Source: an uncultured virus (IMG/VR IMGVR_UViG_3300025838_000029) (lineage: Duplodnaviria; Heunggongvirae; Uroviricota; Caudoviricetes). Taken from it: a DNA stretch of 64,000 bases. The notes under the pieces were generated by a model that saw nothing but the letters and a program-made list of their open reading frames with translations, had not been told where the DNA came from and did not search any database. The translations under genes were made by a program, and so were the position numbers. This document shows, piece by piece, positions 1-9,726 of this stretch (position 1 is the first letter of the stretch; every line of letters starts with the position of its first letter). The stretch spans positions 1 to 64,000 of the IMG/VR virus record IMGVR_UViG_3300025838_000029; one strand, written 5' to 3'.

Positions 1-204
1 GCCGTAGCCGGAGCTGTAGCCGGAGCTGTAGCCGTCGCCGTCGCCGTCGCCGGAGCCGTCGCCGTCGCCGTCGCCATAGCCGTCGCTGTAGCCGGAGCCG
101 TAGCCGGAGCTGTAGCCGTCGCCGTAGGCGTAGCCGTAGCCGGAGCCGTAGCCGGAGACGTTTTTTACAGCCCCGTCTTTAGACCCAGAAAGGATACTCG
201 CCAT
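1..204 (-). CDS. Gly/Tyr/Ser/Asp low-complexity repeat protein (runs off the window edge)
   Basis: ATG at 204-202 overlaps the upstream TAA. Translates MASILSGSKDGAVKNVSGYGSGYGYAYGDGYSSGYG..., built from 6-bp units such as gccgta/gccgtc/gccgga. Not in the ORF track because it is truncated. Confidence 0.75.
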   Translation of the reverse strand, partial: MASILSGSKDGAVKNVSGYGSGYGYAYGDGYSSGYGSGYSDGYGDGDGDGSGDGDGDGYSSGYSSGYG

Positions 205-566
205 TACTCCCTCCCCTGGACTGGAGCATTCGTCCACGCCTCAACAGCTTTTTGGTCGGCAGACATGACGCAAGTCACGCCCTCCAATACGATTGATTTT
301 GTGACGGCAGAAATCTTGCAGTCTTTGGTTGGTCCGATCTCAGCAAGTCCAAACACCCCGCCGACATCAGCAGACCAGTACAAACACATCCTTGCGTTGG
401 TCAGCGTGATCGGTCTTGCGTCAGCGCTATTTGTCCATCCGAACACAACACCACGTTTGTCTGTGCAGACAACAACAGGTATTGAGTCGTGATTAACGGG
501 AACTTGTGTGGCAAACATCGCAGCCAGTTCTTTAGCTTGTCCAATAGTCAAATCATTAATATTCAT
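204..566 (-). CDS. conserved phage protein (DUF6948-like)
   Basis: VVVCTDKRGVVFG...LTNARMCLYW...GLAEIGP pattern; RBS aggagaag upstream; GY-repeat gene follows. Confidence 0.6.
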   Translation of the reverse strand: MNINDLTIGQAKELAAMFATQVPVNHDSIPVVVCTDKRGVVFGWTNSADARPITLTNARMCLYWSADVGGVFGLAEIGPTKDCKISAVTKSIVLEGVTCVMSADQKAVEAWTNAPVQGRE

Positions 567-760
567 TGCACTTCTCCTAGTTTCGATAAAAGGTGGTCAA
601 TCAACTGTCTCGTTTCCTGCGCCCAGGTGCGACCGTCGTCTGTAGTACGGTAGCCCAGGAGGCTGGTCAGCCACTCCCGCGCAGCCGCATCAAGCCGCTG
701 TTGTTCTGCCCAATGTGGCGGGTTTGGCGGGGTGATGGGCGCTTCGGCGGCGCGTCCGGT
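552..760. repeat. 209-bp direct repeat, copy 1
   Basis: Identical by eye to 1714-1922 (offset 1162), from atcattaatattcattgcac to ggcgcgtccggt. Confidence 0.95.
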
Positions 761-976
761 GCCGTGGCAGTTGAGACACTCGTTGTCCGTCAAGCCAGAC
801 TGTTCAGTCGGAACGTCCAGATAGCCTTTGCCCCCGCATTTCCAGCACAGCTTTGTTTTTCCTTCAGAATCCGACTTAATGCGGGTATCGACCGTATTTT
901 CCGCTGGAGCCATGTCCAACTCCCGATCCGGCCCCGTTGCCGCCCGCAGGTGGGTGAGAAGTTCTGTGTGGGTCAT
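563..976 (-). CDS. Zn-finger protein with CxxCxGxG motifs
   Basis: CWKCGGKG and CLNCHGTG; C-terminal ~65 aa identical to 1725..2798. Confidence 0.65.
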   Translation of the reverse strand: MTHTELLTHLRAATGPDRELDMAPAENTVDTRIKSDSEGKTKLCWKCGGKGYLDVPTEQSGLTDNECLNCHGTGRAAEAPITPPNPPHWAEQQRLDAAAREWLTSLLGYRTTDDGRTWAQETRQLIDHLLSKLGEVQ

Positions 977-1728
977 GCGACCTCCGCTTCTTTAATCAGG
1001 CCAAGCTCGGACAACGCTTTCTCACCTACCACCTTGCATTTGTGCAGGCGGAATTTCCCGTCGCTTGCGGTTGGTATGCAGGCGACATCCTTCGCGGTGA
1101 ACTCGACAATCAAAATTCGCCAGCCGTCTTGGTATTCCTTCAGGCACCAATCTAAAGTCGCCACGTTTATACCAGCAGCGCACAGGTCTGTTACGTCTGT
1201 ATTGGCACCCTCTACGGAAACCGTCTTACCGATCTCGTATTTTATCTTACCTGACGCTTTCATCGGGCTTAGGCCGTCTGCCGTGACAAGTTTGTAAGCG
1301 CGGATCTTCCCAGGCTGGTCCAACAGCATAAGGAGGGGCTGAGCTCGCAGGGGGTCAAGACCTTTGGCCCCGAACAGATTGGCCCCGGACAGGTCGGCCC
1401 CGAACAGGTCGGCCCTGGACAGGCTGGCCCCGGACAGGTTGGCCCCGGACAGGCTGGCCCCGGACAGGTTGGCCCTGGACAGGCTGGCCCCGGACAGGTT
1501 GGCCCCGGACAGGTTGGCCCCGGACAGGTTGGCCCCGGACAGGCTGGCCCTGGACAGGGTGGCCCCGAACAGGTTGGCCCCGAACAGGTTGGCCCTGGAC
1601 AGGTTGGCCCTGGACAGGTTGGTGCCGCTCAGATTGGCCCCGGACAGGCTGGCCCTGGCACCGCCATCCTTACCGAGAAGCCACTTCTTGTGACCCGCCA
1701 GGATCGCGGGCAGATCATTAATATTCAT
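973..1728 (-). CDS. pentapeptide-repeat protein with C-terminal phage domain
   Basis: About 19 tandem A(N/S/D/T)L(S/F)(G/R) units encoded by a 15-bp repeat at ~1365-1657. Confidence 0.9.
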   Translation of the reverse strand: MNINDLPAILAGHKKWLLGKDGGARASLSGANLSGTNLSRANLSRANLFGANLFGATLSRASLSGANLSGANLSGANLSGASLSRANLSGASLSGANLSGASLSRADLFGADLSGANLFGAKGLDPLRAQPLLMLLDQPGKIRAYKLVTADGLSPMKASGKIKYEIGKTVSVEGANTDVTDLCAAGINVATLDWCLKEYQDGWRILIVEFTAKDVACIPTASDGKFRLHKCKVVGEKALSELGLIKEAEVA

Positions 1729-1922
1729 TGCACTTCTCCTAGTTTCGATAAAAGGTGGTCAATCAACTGTCTCGTTTCCTGCGCCCAGGTGCGACCGTCG
1801 TCTGTAGTACGGTAGCCCAGGAGGCTGGTCAGCCACTCCCGCGCAGCCGCATCAAGCCGCTGTTGTTCTGCCCAATGTGGCGGGTTTGGCGGGGTGATGG
1901 GCGCTTCGGCGGCGCGTCCGGT
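1714..1922. repeat. 209-bp direct repeat, copy 2
   Basis: Identical to 552-760. Confidence 0.95.
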
Positions 1923-2798
1923 ACATGGTTGATCATGCTGGATACAATTTCCCACCATATCCGTTGGACCGTCGCACTTGGGGCAGGGCGCAGGGCTGTT
2001 TCGTTCTTTAAACGATGGTAGCTTTTCATCCCCGCACGGTTCCAGCGCGTAGCATTCGCCTGGGCTTTGCCACCAATAACAGGATGTGCATTGCGGATAT
2101 TTCGCGTCCCACCAACATGACGCCCATGCCCTCTCCAGCGCTTCCATGTCTTCTGGCGTTCTGCCGGGGCAGTCTGGATCGGGCGCAGACGTGAGAGATT
2201 CATCAAAAAACCCAAGAAGACTATCAATGTTTTTCTGACTCAAAGGGTCTTCAGAAACACCGAACATTTTGTTCCAGACGCGCAGCACTTCATTGTGCGG
2301 GTAGCGTTCGGCAACGGCCTCCATAGCGTCGTTGATTAGGTCAAACTGGTTTTTCTCAGGCTCCTGGGCTTCAGCGCGGGGCTGCCCATCACGCATCGAC
2401 GCATTGGTGACGACACCCAGAGGCGGAACGGCGCGGGGTTGCCAGTGCGGCCAAGTCGGGCAGTCCTTGCAAGGCCCGGTGCGGGGCGGCAAGTCTTCAT
2501 GCAAACAGGTATCGCAAGTCTTATCTATCGGCGGGGCGGGGCGGTCAACTACTCCCCGACCGTCGCATGTGGGGCAAGCGTCAACACCAGACTCACTGCT
2601 GCCGTCCTCGTCTGGCTTAGTCACCCACTCAATATCACCTGTGCCGTGGCACTTGGGGCATTCTTCGACCCCGCTGGGGCGGTTTTCGACCTCCGCACGG
2701 ACCTTATCAGCTAAGTCTTTCACGGCTCCCCATTGCGGATCGATAAACGGGACGCACTTAGCAATTCTCAGCAACAATTCGCGTTCAGTGGGGGTCAT
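1725..2798 (-). CDS. multi Zn-finger mosaic protein
   Basis: [28 protein letters not shown] and CPKC motifs; RBS aggagaa. Confidence 0.65.
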   Translation of the reverse strand: MTPTERELLLRIAKCVPFIDPQWGAVKDLADKVRAEVENRPSGVEECPKCHGTGDIEWVTKPDEDGSSESGVDACPTCDGRGVVDRPAPPIDKTCDTCLHEDLPPRTGPCKDCPTWPHWQPRAVPPLGVVTNASMRDGQPRAEAQEPEKNQFDLINDAMEAVAERYPHNEVLRVWNKMFGVSEDPLSQKNIDSLLGFFDESLTSAPDPDCPGRTPEDMEALERAWASCWWDAKYPQCTSCYWWQSPGECYALEPCGDEKLPSFKERNSPAPCPKCDGPTDMVGNCIQHDQPCTGRAAEAPITPPNPPHWAEQQRLDAAAREWLTSLLGYRTTDDGRTWAQETRQLIDHLLSKLGEVQ

Positions 2799-3540
2799 GC
2801 TGATTCTCCTTCAGGACAGCATTTTCAACCCGCAGCGCTGCGATCTCTTTCCGCAGCTTCGCCATCTCACCTTCCATCTTTTGATGGTCGTACCAGAGTT
2901 CATATATCCGTGAGGACAAAAGCTCTGGTTTAGCCCGTCGATCCGGTGCTTTCCGCATCAAACCCTCCCCCGTCCAAACACTGCCGCGAGTGTAGCCTGC
3001 GCGCATACAGCCCCGACAAAGTAAGCCCCATTGGCGAACGCGAACGCTGCCCATCCAATGAAGAAAATCGCCGCCGCTTCCCAGACCCCACGGCGGCGCA
3101 AAAGTGCTGTTAGCTGTCCCATATGGGTCATTATAGGAAAAACAGCTTTAAAAAAGTCTCGTAAGCCATTGATTTTACTGCCTCTTTTTTTCATATCTCA
3201 TAAGCCAGCGCGGCGGCGGGGTTAGTCATCTTGTGAACTCCGTAAATATATTGGCGGGGCTATCGTCATGTTGGCCGCGTCAACTGCCACTTTGTAAGCC
3301 TCGGTAGCCCCAGCTTTGTAAAGGTCATGGGCAATACGCAAAAAGCAAACAGTGGCTTCAACGGCTTCTTTGTTGATGGCGGCGGGGGTTTGTTGGGTCA
3401 TTTCAATCTCCTTTTCCAATGTTCCTGCCGACACATCAGACCGTCGTAGCAGGGCCGAAATATCAGCTTCCGGGGGCGGGTTCCGTGCCTGGACCAGTAG
3501 CCATAGGTACGGAAATCCATCTGTCGCCAGTAGGGGCGGG

Positions 3541-3741
3541 TCATAGCGTCATCCCCAACAGCAAGTCAACTTCTGCAAAACAATCGGCAAGCGATACCTT
3601 TGTCACTTGTTGGCGTGGCCCGTTTGGGCCAACTGCATAGACGACTACTACACACCCGTCTGGGTCAATGTCGATATCATCGGCAATCATCCCAACAACC
3701 GTTCTGAATCGTTTCAAAACCGCGCGTTCTGCTTCTGTCAT
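3541..3741 (-). CDS. hypothetical protein
   Basis: Fits the tightly packed minus-strand gene string. Confidence 0.5.
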   Translation of the reverse strand: MTEAERAVLKRFRTVVGMIADDIDIDPDGCVVVVYAVGPNGPRQQVTKVSLADCFAEVDLLLGMTL

Positions 3742-3743
3742 GG

Positions 3744-3959
3744 CTAAAAGCTTACATTAGAGAGTTGCTGCAACGTCATAGCTAAGATACTGGCAGGGTC
3801 AGCCAGGATAGCGTCGATGAGATCCAACTCTTTTTGCAGTTTTGCGCGGCGCTTCTCAAGGTTTTCCTTCAGAGTTATTGATAACTCTTGAGGATAGGTG
3901 CCGAATTGCCCATAAGAATTAGCTTGTTGAGCAAAAGAAGAAGCTTGTTCACTCGTCAT
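3744..3959 (-). CDS. hypothetical coiled-coil protein
   Basis: LKENLEKRRAKLQKELDLID; ATGA overlap with the upstream gene. Confidence 0.55.
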   Translation of the reverse strand: MTSEQASSFAQQANSYGQFGTYPQELSITLKENLEKRRAKLQKELDLIDAILADPASILAMTLQQLSNVSF

Positions 3960-4540
3960 TTTACAGCCCTCATCTTAATAATCGTGTTCAAAGCCACATT
4001 GTTCCCCTCTCTCATGAGACGTTGGAACGTAAAGGCGTCGTCATCTTTGAGAGTTCCAGCCTTACGAAGAGCCTCAATCCTGTCGATCAATGGCTTGTAA
4101 AAAGGATCAGGCTCAAACTCGTAATGCTCAAGGTCAAAATCTATGCCGAACTTCAAGGCCAACCCGTTAGAAGAATTGTTATCAGCAATGTGCTTGATGT
4201 TCGATTTCTTTGAAAACAAGTCCATACCAGAGACGGTGATTGGACGTTTATGAGTTGGATCTCCATAGAAGTTGTCATGGAAATGATGCGGCACCAGGAT
4301 ATCCAGAAGACACCCATGCTCACTCACCCGCCATAACTCAATCATCAAAGGAATAAAGCCAGAGCCGATATGCTCTAAAATATGGTGGGCCTTGATCTCA
4401 GACACCGACGAGTCGTCAAACGGCAGCTTAACCTTCGGATCATCCAGGTTAATGACATAGTCGGGGCTTACCCCAGGATCAGAGTCTATATTCAGAAACC
4501 CCTCTATCCGTTTGAACCCAGACCCGATGTTAATTTTCAT
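3956..4540 (-). CDS. class I SAM-dependent methyltransferase (type 11-like)
   Basis: KINIGSG motif I, NID, LPFDDSSV, HHILEH, DPTH. Confidence 0.8.
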   Translation of the reverse strand: MKINIGSGFKRIEGFLNIDSDPGVSPDYVINLDDPKVKLPFDDSSVSEIKAHHILEHIGSGFIPLMIELWRVSEHGCLLDILVPHHFHDNFYGDPTHKRPITVSGMDLFSKKSNIKHIADNNSSNGLALKFGIDFDLEHYEFEPDPFYKPLIDRIEALRKAGTLKDDDAFTFQRLMREGNNVALNTIIKMRAVK

Positions 4541-4569
4541 GTCTATAAACTTTCAAATAAGGAATCCGT

Positions 4570-4962
4570 TTATCTCTTATGTGCATCTTCAGGATGAGGC
4601 AGGAATATCCCAAGGGTTGTCCCCGCAAAGGCAGATACTTTGGTCATAAACTCAGACATCTGAATGGTGTTCATCTCATGTGTACCCATCGGCTCAAAAG
4701 TTTCTTCGCCATTAATCTTGGATACGCGCTCTACCTTTGGGGAAAACATTCTCTTGAAGTCAGACTTCACACTCTCCGGATCGTCTCCAAGCTCATTGGC
4801 AATAATCTCAAACCAAGAATGCAGAAGGTTATTTTGGTTGAGAGAGCGTTTCTTGACATACTTCTGAAGAGTAATCTTCCAAGGCTTGGTAAGGTCTAGG
4901 GCGCTTATGGCACGAATTGCCATTCTGCGTTGGTCTTCCCCTCTTATAATGACCTCGATCAT
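4570..4962 (-). CDS. NinB/YbcN-like recombination mediator
   Basis: KKRSLNQNNLLHSW...IA and M..FM..V..F motifs; recombination module context. Confidence 0.75.
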   Translation of the reverse strand: MIEVIIRGEDQRRMAIRAISALDLTKPWKITLQKYVKKRSLNQNNLLHSWFEIIANELGDDPESVKSDFKRMFSPKVERVSKINGEETFEPMGTHEMNTIQMSEFMTKVSAFAGTTLGIFLPHPEDAHKR

Positions 4963-5294
4963 TTCTTAATCCTTGGACGATGTGGGCTGACCCTTCCAAG
5001 AGTCTCAGCTTCTTTCTTTAGGGAAATTCCAGCTTCCTTTTCCATTTCCTCCCACCCCTTAGTGTGTCCACGATCATGGTGTTTTGCACATATGGGGGCC
5101 GTTAGGAAGTCTGAGCATTTTTTCCCCATGCCACCATTCTCTACATGATGGGCATGATTTGGGCCTTCACAGTCTCCAAGAGAGTAAAAGGCACAGACGA
5201 AAGACCTCCGCACCCAACCCATATGGGCGGGAGATCTTTCCGGATCTGCGGCAATCTTGGCCCGTTTCCGAAGCTCAGACTTCCTAGGGATCAT
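4959..5294 (-). CDS. DUF968-like / HNH-like Zn protein
   Basis: H..WVR..C, HAHH, KCSDFLTAPICAKHH. Confidence 0.65.
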   Translation of the reverse strand: MIPRKSELRKRAKIAADPERSPAHMGWVRRSFVCAFYSLGDCEGPNHAHHVENGGMGKKCSDFLTAPICAKHHDRGHTKGWEEMEKEAGISLKKEAETLGRVSPHRPRIKK

Positions 5295-6142
5295 TGGCTG
5301 AACTTACCAAGGACAGCTTTGCACTTCCCTCTGAGTTCTGCCGCTATGGCCTTATCGAGAGAAGCAACTTCTTGGAGCTTAGGTGTCATCGCAGCGATGT
5401 AATCGTTGACATCCTTCTTGGTTTTGCATTTGTCCAAAATGAATTTGAACCCTTCTGCAAACTCTTTTGGGTTAAACGGTCCATCGACATTAAGGGGATG
5501 CTCGTCAAAATCTGGTTCAAAGATTTCCCCTGTATCATTATCAAAGTTTACAGGCTCCTCAACAGGCGTTGGTTCTTCTGCCTTTGTCTTTTTAGCAGGA
5601 GGCTGAATAATATTGGTTTCAGGGAGCGGAATGACGACAGCCTGCCGTACAGGTTCATCACGCCTTACATGCTCTCGTGGAATTGTCTCAATCTCAAGTT
5701 CATCAAGGATCCCAAGGCCGCAGATTGATAACGTCGCCCTACGCTTGGATTTTGTCTCAGCCTTCATTATGGCATTTCCAAGGGCCTCTCCCTTTAACCC
5801 GGAAATGTTAACCGCACCCTTGGAGACATCTGTTCTCCCAGCAGCATTCCGGACCTTGCAGGTAACGATGAATACGCCATCCCGCTCACTCTCAGAGAGT
5901 TCTTCAACAGAGATATTGTGGATGGTCCGAAGCTGATCTGTGCAGTCTTTACGGGCATACAGCGTAAGCTTTCCATTCAGAGTGATGTATTCAAGCGGCT
6001 TTGTTAGAGGATTAAGGCCAACACTCTGACAAACTGCGGTGTAGTAATGAGATTTTTCATCTGGGGAAAGTTTGGACAGATCACCTTTAATGATAACCTG
6101 TTCCATTAACTCTCCAGGGGAGAGCCGTACAACTTCATTCAT
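5291..6142 (-). CDS. RecT/Red-beta-like ssDNA annealing protein
   Basis: GDLSKLSP...CQSVGLNPLTKP and MKAETKSKRRATL; adjacent to a YqaJ exonuclease. Confidence 0.7.
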   Translation of the reverse strand: MNEVVRLSPGELMEQVIIKGDLSKLSPDEKSHYYTAVCQSVGLNPLTKPLEYITLNGKLTLYARKDCTDQLRTIHNISVEELSESERDGVFIVTCKVRNAAGRTDVSKGAVNISGLKGEALGNAIMKAETKSKRRATLSICGLGILDELEIETIPREHVRRDEPVRQAVVIPLPETNIIQPPAKKTKAEEPTPVEEPVNFDNDTGEIFEPDFDEHPLNVDGPFNPKEFAEGFKFILDKCKTKKDVNDYIAAMTPKLQEVASLDKAIAAELRGKCKAVLGKFSQ

Positions 6143-6145
6143 GTT

Positions 6146-6976
6146 CTATTTCTCCTCTTTAATGGTGATAGATAGGCTTTTTGAGCGAGTTGCAATAATG
6201 CCATAGCCTGTGGCTTTTCTGGCATTGTCAGGAACAAGCTCTTTAATGGCTTTAACGGCAGCATCAAAAGCCTTAGCTGCATTTTTGTTGGCTTTCCAAT
6301 CTTCAGCAGCATTAGCAAATTGATTGTTGCCGGTCATATCCACTTCGATCAGATCGTCAAACTTAATTTCGACCTTTGGCTCTGCCGCGACAAGAGATGG
6401 TGGAGCAACGTTGGATTCAACGTGGCTCCAAAACTCTTCTTCTTTATCAATGAGACGGTCGATAAAGTCATTGTCCCTAGGGACTTCAAACTTCTGCCAT
6501 GAAGACCCGCCGAAAATAACAGACAGGTAGGCCATGTCTCCTCCAGCTACAGCCATATTGTGCTGTAATTGGGTATAAGCCTTCGACACAGCCTCTTCTG
6601 GCTTGGTGAAACCATTATAGCTTTTGGCTTCCCACACATTTCCACAGCATCTGCCGTCGAGATTGCAACGCATGAAATCATGCACAGGGTGAATGAGTGG
6701 TTCATTGACGAGATCAACGACAAGGCCCGTCTGTTTCCAAAAGAACCAGCGATTGAGCGGCTCATTCCATGTCCCATTTTGCACAGGAAGATTTAGAGAA
6801 AGGTCATCTCCTGGGTCAATCCCCACCTTAACTTTCCACAGCGCAAGCCAATCACCGGACATAATCTTTTCAGCATCACTGCCGCCGATCCCAAGGAGTC
6901 GGTTGCTGCTAAAGGTCGCAGGCTTCTTTAGAAGTTCTTCAATGTCGTAAATGGTAAGTTCTGAAATCTGCTTCAT
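6146..6976 (-). CDS. YqaJ-like viral recombinase exonuclease
   Basis: GIGGSDA, NLDG, WEAK and QLQHNM motifs; likely start MKQISE at 6976. Confidence 0.85.
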   Translation of the reverse strand: MKQISELTIYDIEELLKKPATFSSNRLLGIGGSDAEKIMSGDWLALWKVKVGIDPGDDLSLNLPVQNGTWNEPLNRWFFWKQTGLVVDLVNEPLIHPVHDFMRCNLDGRCCGNVWEAKSYNGFTKPEEAVSKAYTQLQHNMAVAGGDMAYLSVIFGGSSWQKFEVPRDNDFIDRLIDKEEEFWSHVESNVAPPSLVAAEPKVEIKFDDLIEVDMTGNNQFANAAEDWKANKNAAKAFDAAVKAIKELVPDNARKATGYGIIATRSKSLSITIKEEK

Positions 6977-7240
6977 GGCAGCAACCTCACTACGTAGCTT
7001 GTAGCAATGCTGATCAAGACGTAAATAGCAGGAAGCGTAATCATGCAAATGATATGCACCAAACTTCCATGAAGACATTTCTCTTTCACAGCAACACTCC
7101 TATCAAAACACCACTCAGGAAAACACAGGCATATTTCAAAGCTAAAACCTTCTTTGTCTTTAAGCGAATTGTATTCCTATCGATGTTGTGAAGGATAACC
7201 CGCGCTGTAAAGGAATCTGCTATATCGTAATAGCTTTCCA

Positions 7241-7621
7241 TTAGGAATACTCCCCTTGAGCTTTTCTCAGATCTTCGATTAATTTCTCAGGCTCATCGTT
7301 CATATATGCTTCTATATAAGGAACAAGCCCATCATCACCACCTGAGCAGCCTAAGCGCGAATCACGCCATTTAAGGACATATCTTCCATCTTCACTTTTG
7401 ATATATTCACCGACTTCAAAGCTTGTAAGCATGTAATCTGCTTCAGGATCGTCTCCTGGTTGCCAGCATCCCAACGAGGTAGAAAAATAATCCCGACTAC
7501 CTTCTGAATAGCTGCCAACAAGATTTAAACGGACATCAATACATATCCATTCTACCTCATCCGTTCCACTAATTGGGACCGGAACCTCAAGCTCAATATC
7601 ATGGCTGAAACTAACCCCCAT
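7241..7621 (-). CDS. hypothetical acidic protein, first gene of the left arm
   Basis: RBS gggagg before ATG 7621; no HTH or S24 domain seen, so not a CI repressor. Confidence 0.55.
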   Translation of the reverse strand: MGVSFSHDIELEVPVPISGTDEVEWICIDVRLNLVGSYSEGSRDYFSTSLGCWQPGDDPEADYMLTSFEVGEYIKSEDGRYVLKWRDSRLGCSGGDDGLVPYIEAYMNDEPEKLIEDLRKAQGEYS

Positions 7622-7715
7622 AATCCGCCTCCCAGCGAAAAATTGAAAGCATATGTTAGGCTGCCTAATAGGTTCGGTCAATGAAAAGTTTTAAGTCTAG
7701 CTAATAGATAATTGG

Positions 7716-7745
7716 TTGACCAATTTTGTCATGTCAGGCTAGAAT
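7716..7745 (+). promoter_or_regulatory. sigma70-like promoter giving a probably leaderless cro-like mRNA
   Basis: TTGACC-N18-TAGAAT, with ATG 7 nt downstream. Confidence 0.6.
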
Positions 7746-7752
7746 GCTGCCC

Positions 7753-7962
7753 ATGAAAGATACGGGACTTAGAAAAGCGATTAAAGCTGCCGGAAGTCAG
7801 AGTGAATTAGCCAGATGGCTAGGCTGCACTCCTTCCGCTGTTTGTCAGTGGACAAAAGTTCCACCGGAACACGTTGGTCCGATTGAAACAAGGACGGGTA
7901 TTCCATCGTATGAACTGCGTCCTGATTTGTTTTCCAAGCCTATAAAGAAGACGGGATCTTGA
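7753..7962 (+). CDS. Cro/YdaS-family HTH regulator
   Basis: AIKAAGSQSELARWLG..PSAVCQW..VP...IE..TG....ELRPDLF. Confidence 0.9.
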   Translation: MKDTGLRKAIKAAGSQSELARWLGCTPSAVCQWTKVPPEHVGPIETRTGIPSYELRPDLFSKPIKKTGS

Positions 7963-8251
7963 TGAGGACATTGATACTTCTTCTAGGAATGGGGGTTGGA
8001 GGCGTTTTCCTTCTTCTCGCGGTTTGGAAAGTGTGGGAGTGTTTTGAGCTATTTATGGAGGGGATCCATGATGACGAGGGATTTGATTAGCCAAATATCG
8101 CTTTACACTGCTGGTTTTGTGCTATTTTCTATGGCCCTGTCTTTAATTCCCAGACGACGGAAATGCGCTCCAGATGCCCCCTCGTCTGTTGAGCGCAAAG
8201 CGGGGGGGAGGTTGTCCTCCCCTGTCCTTCCCCCCGCGCCCTTTTTCTAAA

Positions 8252-8623
8252 ATGAAACGCCCTGAACAAGCCCTTCATAAGGCTTGCGCCGATTTTGCAC
8301 GTCTAACCGTCAGCAATGATGTTCTGTGGTTTCATGTTCCAAATGGCGGGGGAAGGTCAGCCATTGAAGGCGCCATTTTAAAAGGACTCGGAACCTTGGC
8401 TGGCGTTCCAGACTTGACATTCATATGGCGTGGTAATAACGAGGAAGGGGTAAAGGTTGGCTTTATAGAGTTTAAAGCTCTTAAAGGTAAACTAACAGAG
8501 TCCCAGAGTGTCTTTAGGTGTCGTTGTACATCCGTTGGCGTCCAATGGGAAGAGTGCCGATCAGTAGATCGATTTAAAGAGATCCTCAAGGAGTGGGGTG
8601 TACCGATGAAACGGGGGAAGTAA
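8252..8623 (+). CDS. VRR-NUC nuclease
   Basis: HVPNGG.R, AGVPDL, FIEFKALKGKLTESQ. Confidence 0.85.
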   Translation: MKRPEQALHKACADFARLTVSNDVLWFHVPNGGGRSAIEGAILKGLGTLAGVPDLTFIWRGNNEEGVKVGFIEFKALKGKLTESQSVFRCRCTSVGVQWEECRSVDRFKEILKEWGVPMKRGK

Positions 8624-9091
8624 ATGCTTGAAGGACAGCACGATAGATTTCTTGAAAGAGTGAGGTCTTCATCTGAGGCTGTCCTTGCTGTAGCTGCTTG
8701 GCTTAATCGTGGAGGTTATGACCTTGAGATTCCTGGGTTAAACTTTGCTCCAACAGCAGCAGAGAGCAAAAACTATGTAGATAATGGTGACATTGTTATT
8801 GTTGAAAGGAGGATAGTTGAGGTTAAGCAGCTTGGGGTGGAATTTACAGGGCCGCATGATTGGCCTTTTAAAGAAGTCTTTGTTTCAAACAAAGCCACAG
8901 TAGACAGAAAAATTAATAAAAATGTGACTTATATTTCATTAAATAGTTCAATGACCGTCGCTGCAATAATAACTAATGAGACAAAAACGAAATGGTATGT
9001 AGTTGAATCGGTTGCTAAAAATACAGGAAATAAAGAATTATTTATGGCGTGTCCAAAAGGGTTGGTTAAATTTAAGAGAATAGTTAAATGA
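8624..9091 (+). CDS. PD-(D/E)xK-like hypothetical protein
   Basis: DNGD...IVEVK motif; AT-rich. Confidence 0.45.
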   Translation: MLEGQHDRFLERVRSSSEAVLAVAAWLNRGGYDLEIPGLNFAPTAAESKNYVDNGDIVIVERRIVEVKQLGVEFTGPHDWPFKEVFVSNKATVDRKINKNVTYISLNSSMTVAAIITNETKTKWYVVESVAKNTGNKELFMACPKGLVKFKRIVK

Positions 9092-9657
9092 AATACAGGG
9101 TCATCCTTGCAGATCCTCCTTGGAGCTTTGCGACGTACTCTGACAAGGGTAAGGGAAAGTCTGCCGAACAACACTACTCAACCATGTCATTGGACGACAT
9201 ATGCAGCCTTCCTGTCAAAGAGTGGGTTGAAGATGATGCCGCATTATTCATCTGGGCGACTTGGCCCACGATCTTTCAGACAGAACGGGTGATCAATGCT
9301 TGGGGGTTCAAATACAGTGGTTTGGCTTGGGAATGGATTAAGAAAAACCCTGTGACGGGGAAATTTGCTTTCGGATGCGGTTATGGCACTCGCAAAAATT
9401 GTGAACCTCTTTTATTGGCTCGTCGGGGAAAGCCATTTTTAAAGAGCCGTTCAGAGAGGGATTTTATGTTTTCTCCAAGGAGAGAGCATTCTAGGAAACC
9501 GGATGAAACGTATAGCCGGATTGAGAGAATGTTTGATGGGCCGTTTCTTGAATTATTTGCAAGACAGGAGAGGGAAGGATGGACAGCATGGGGCAATCAG
9601 ACCAACAGGTTTACAATTCAGAACACAATTCCCTCGCTTGCTGGGAGCTTTGTATAG
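9088..9657 (+). CDS. MT-A70 family N6-adenine methyltransferase
   Basis: ILADPPW, HYSTMS, LFIWAT, HSRKP, LELFAR, WGNQ. Confidence 0.92.
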   Translation: MKYRVILADPPWSFATYSDKGKGKSAEQHYSTMSLDDICSLPVKEWVEDDAALFIWATWPTIFQTERVINAWGFKYSGLAWEWIKKNPVTGKFAFGCGYGTRKNCEPLLLARRGKPFLKSRSERDFMFSPRREHSRKPDETYSRIERMFDGPFLELFARQEREGWTAWGNQTNRFTIQNTIPSLAGSFV

Positions 9658-9726
9658 CTGCTTTGAGGGCGCAAGCTGTCGCCGGAAAGAAGCTGTCTCC
9701 CCAGGAAATGCTTGAGAGGGTTGATA

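Noticed and set aside
1364..1693. Plus-strand (LAPDR)n ORF
   Set aside because: Reverse-frame read of the pentapeptide repeat
7241..7962. Lambda-like CI/Cro immunity switch
   Set aside because: A Cro-like gene is present, but the divergent gene has no HTH or peptidase S24 motif and no integrase is seen, so a temperate lifestyle cannot be claimed from this window
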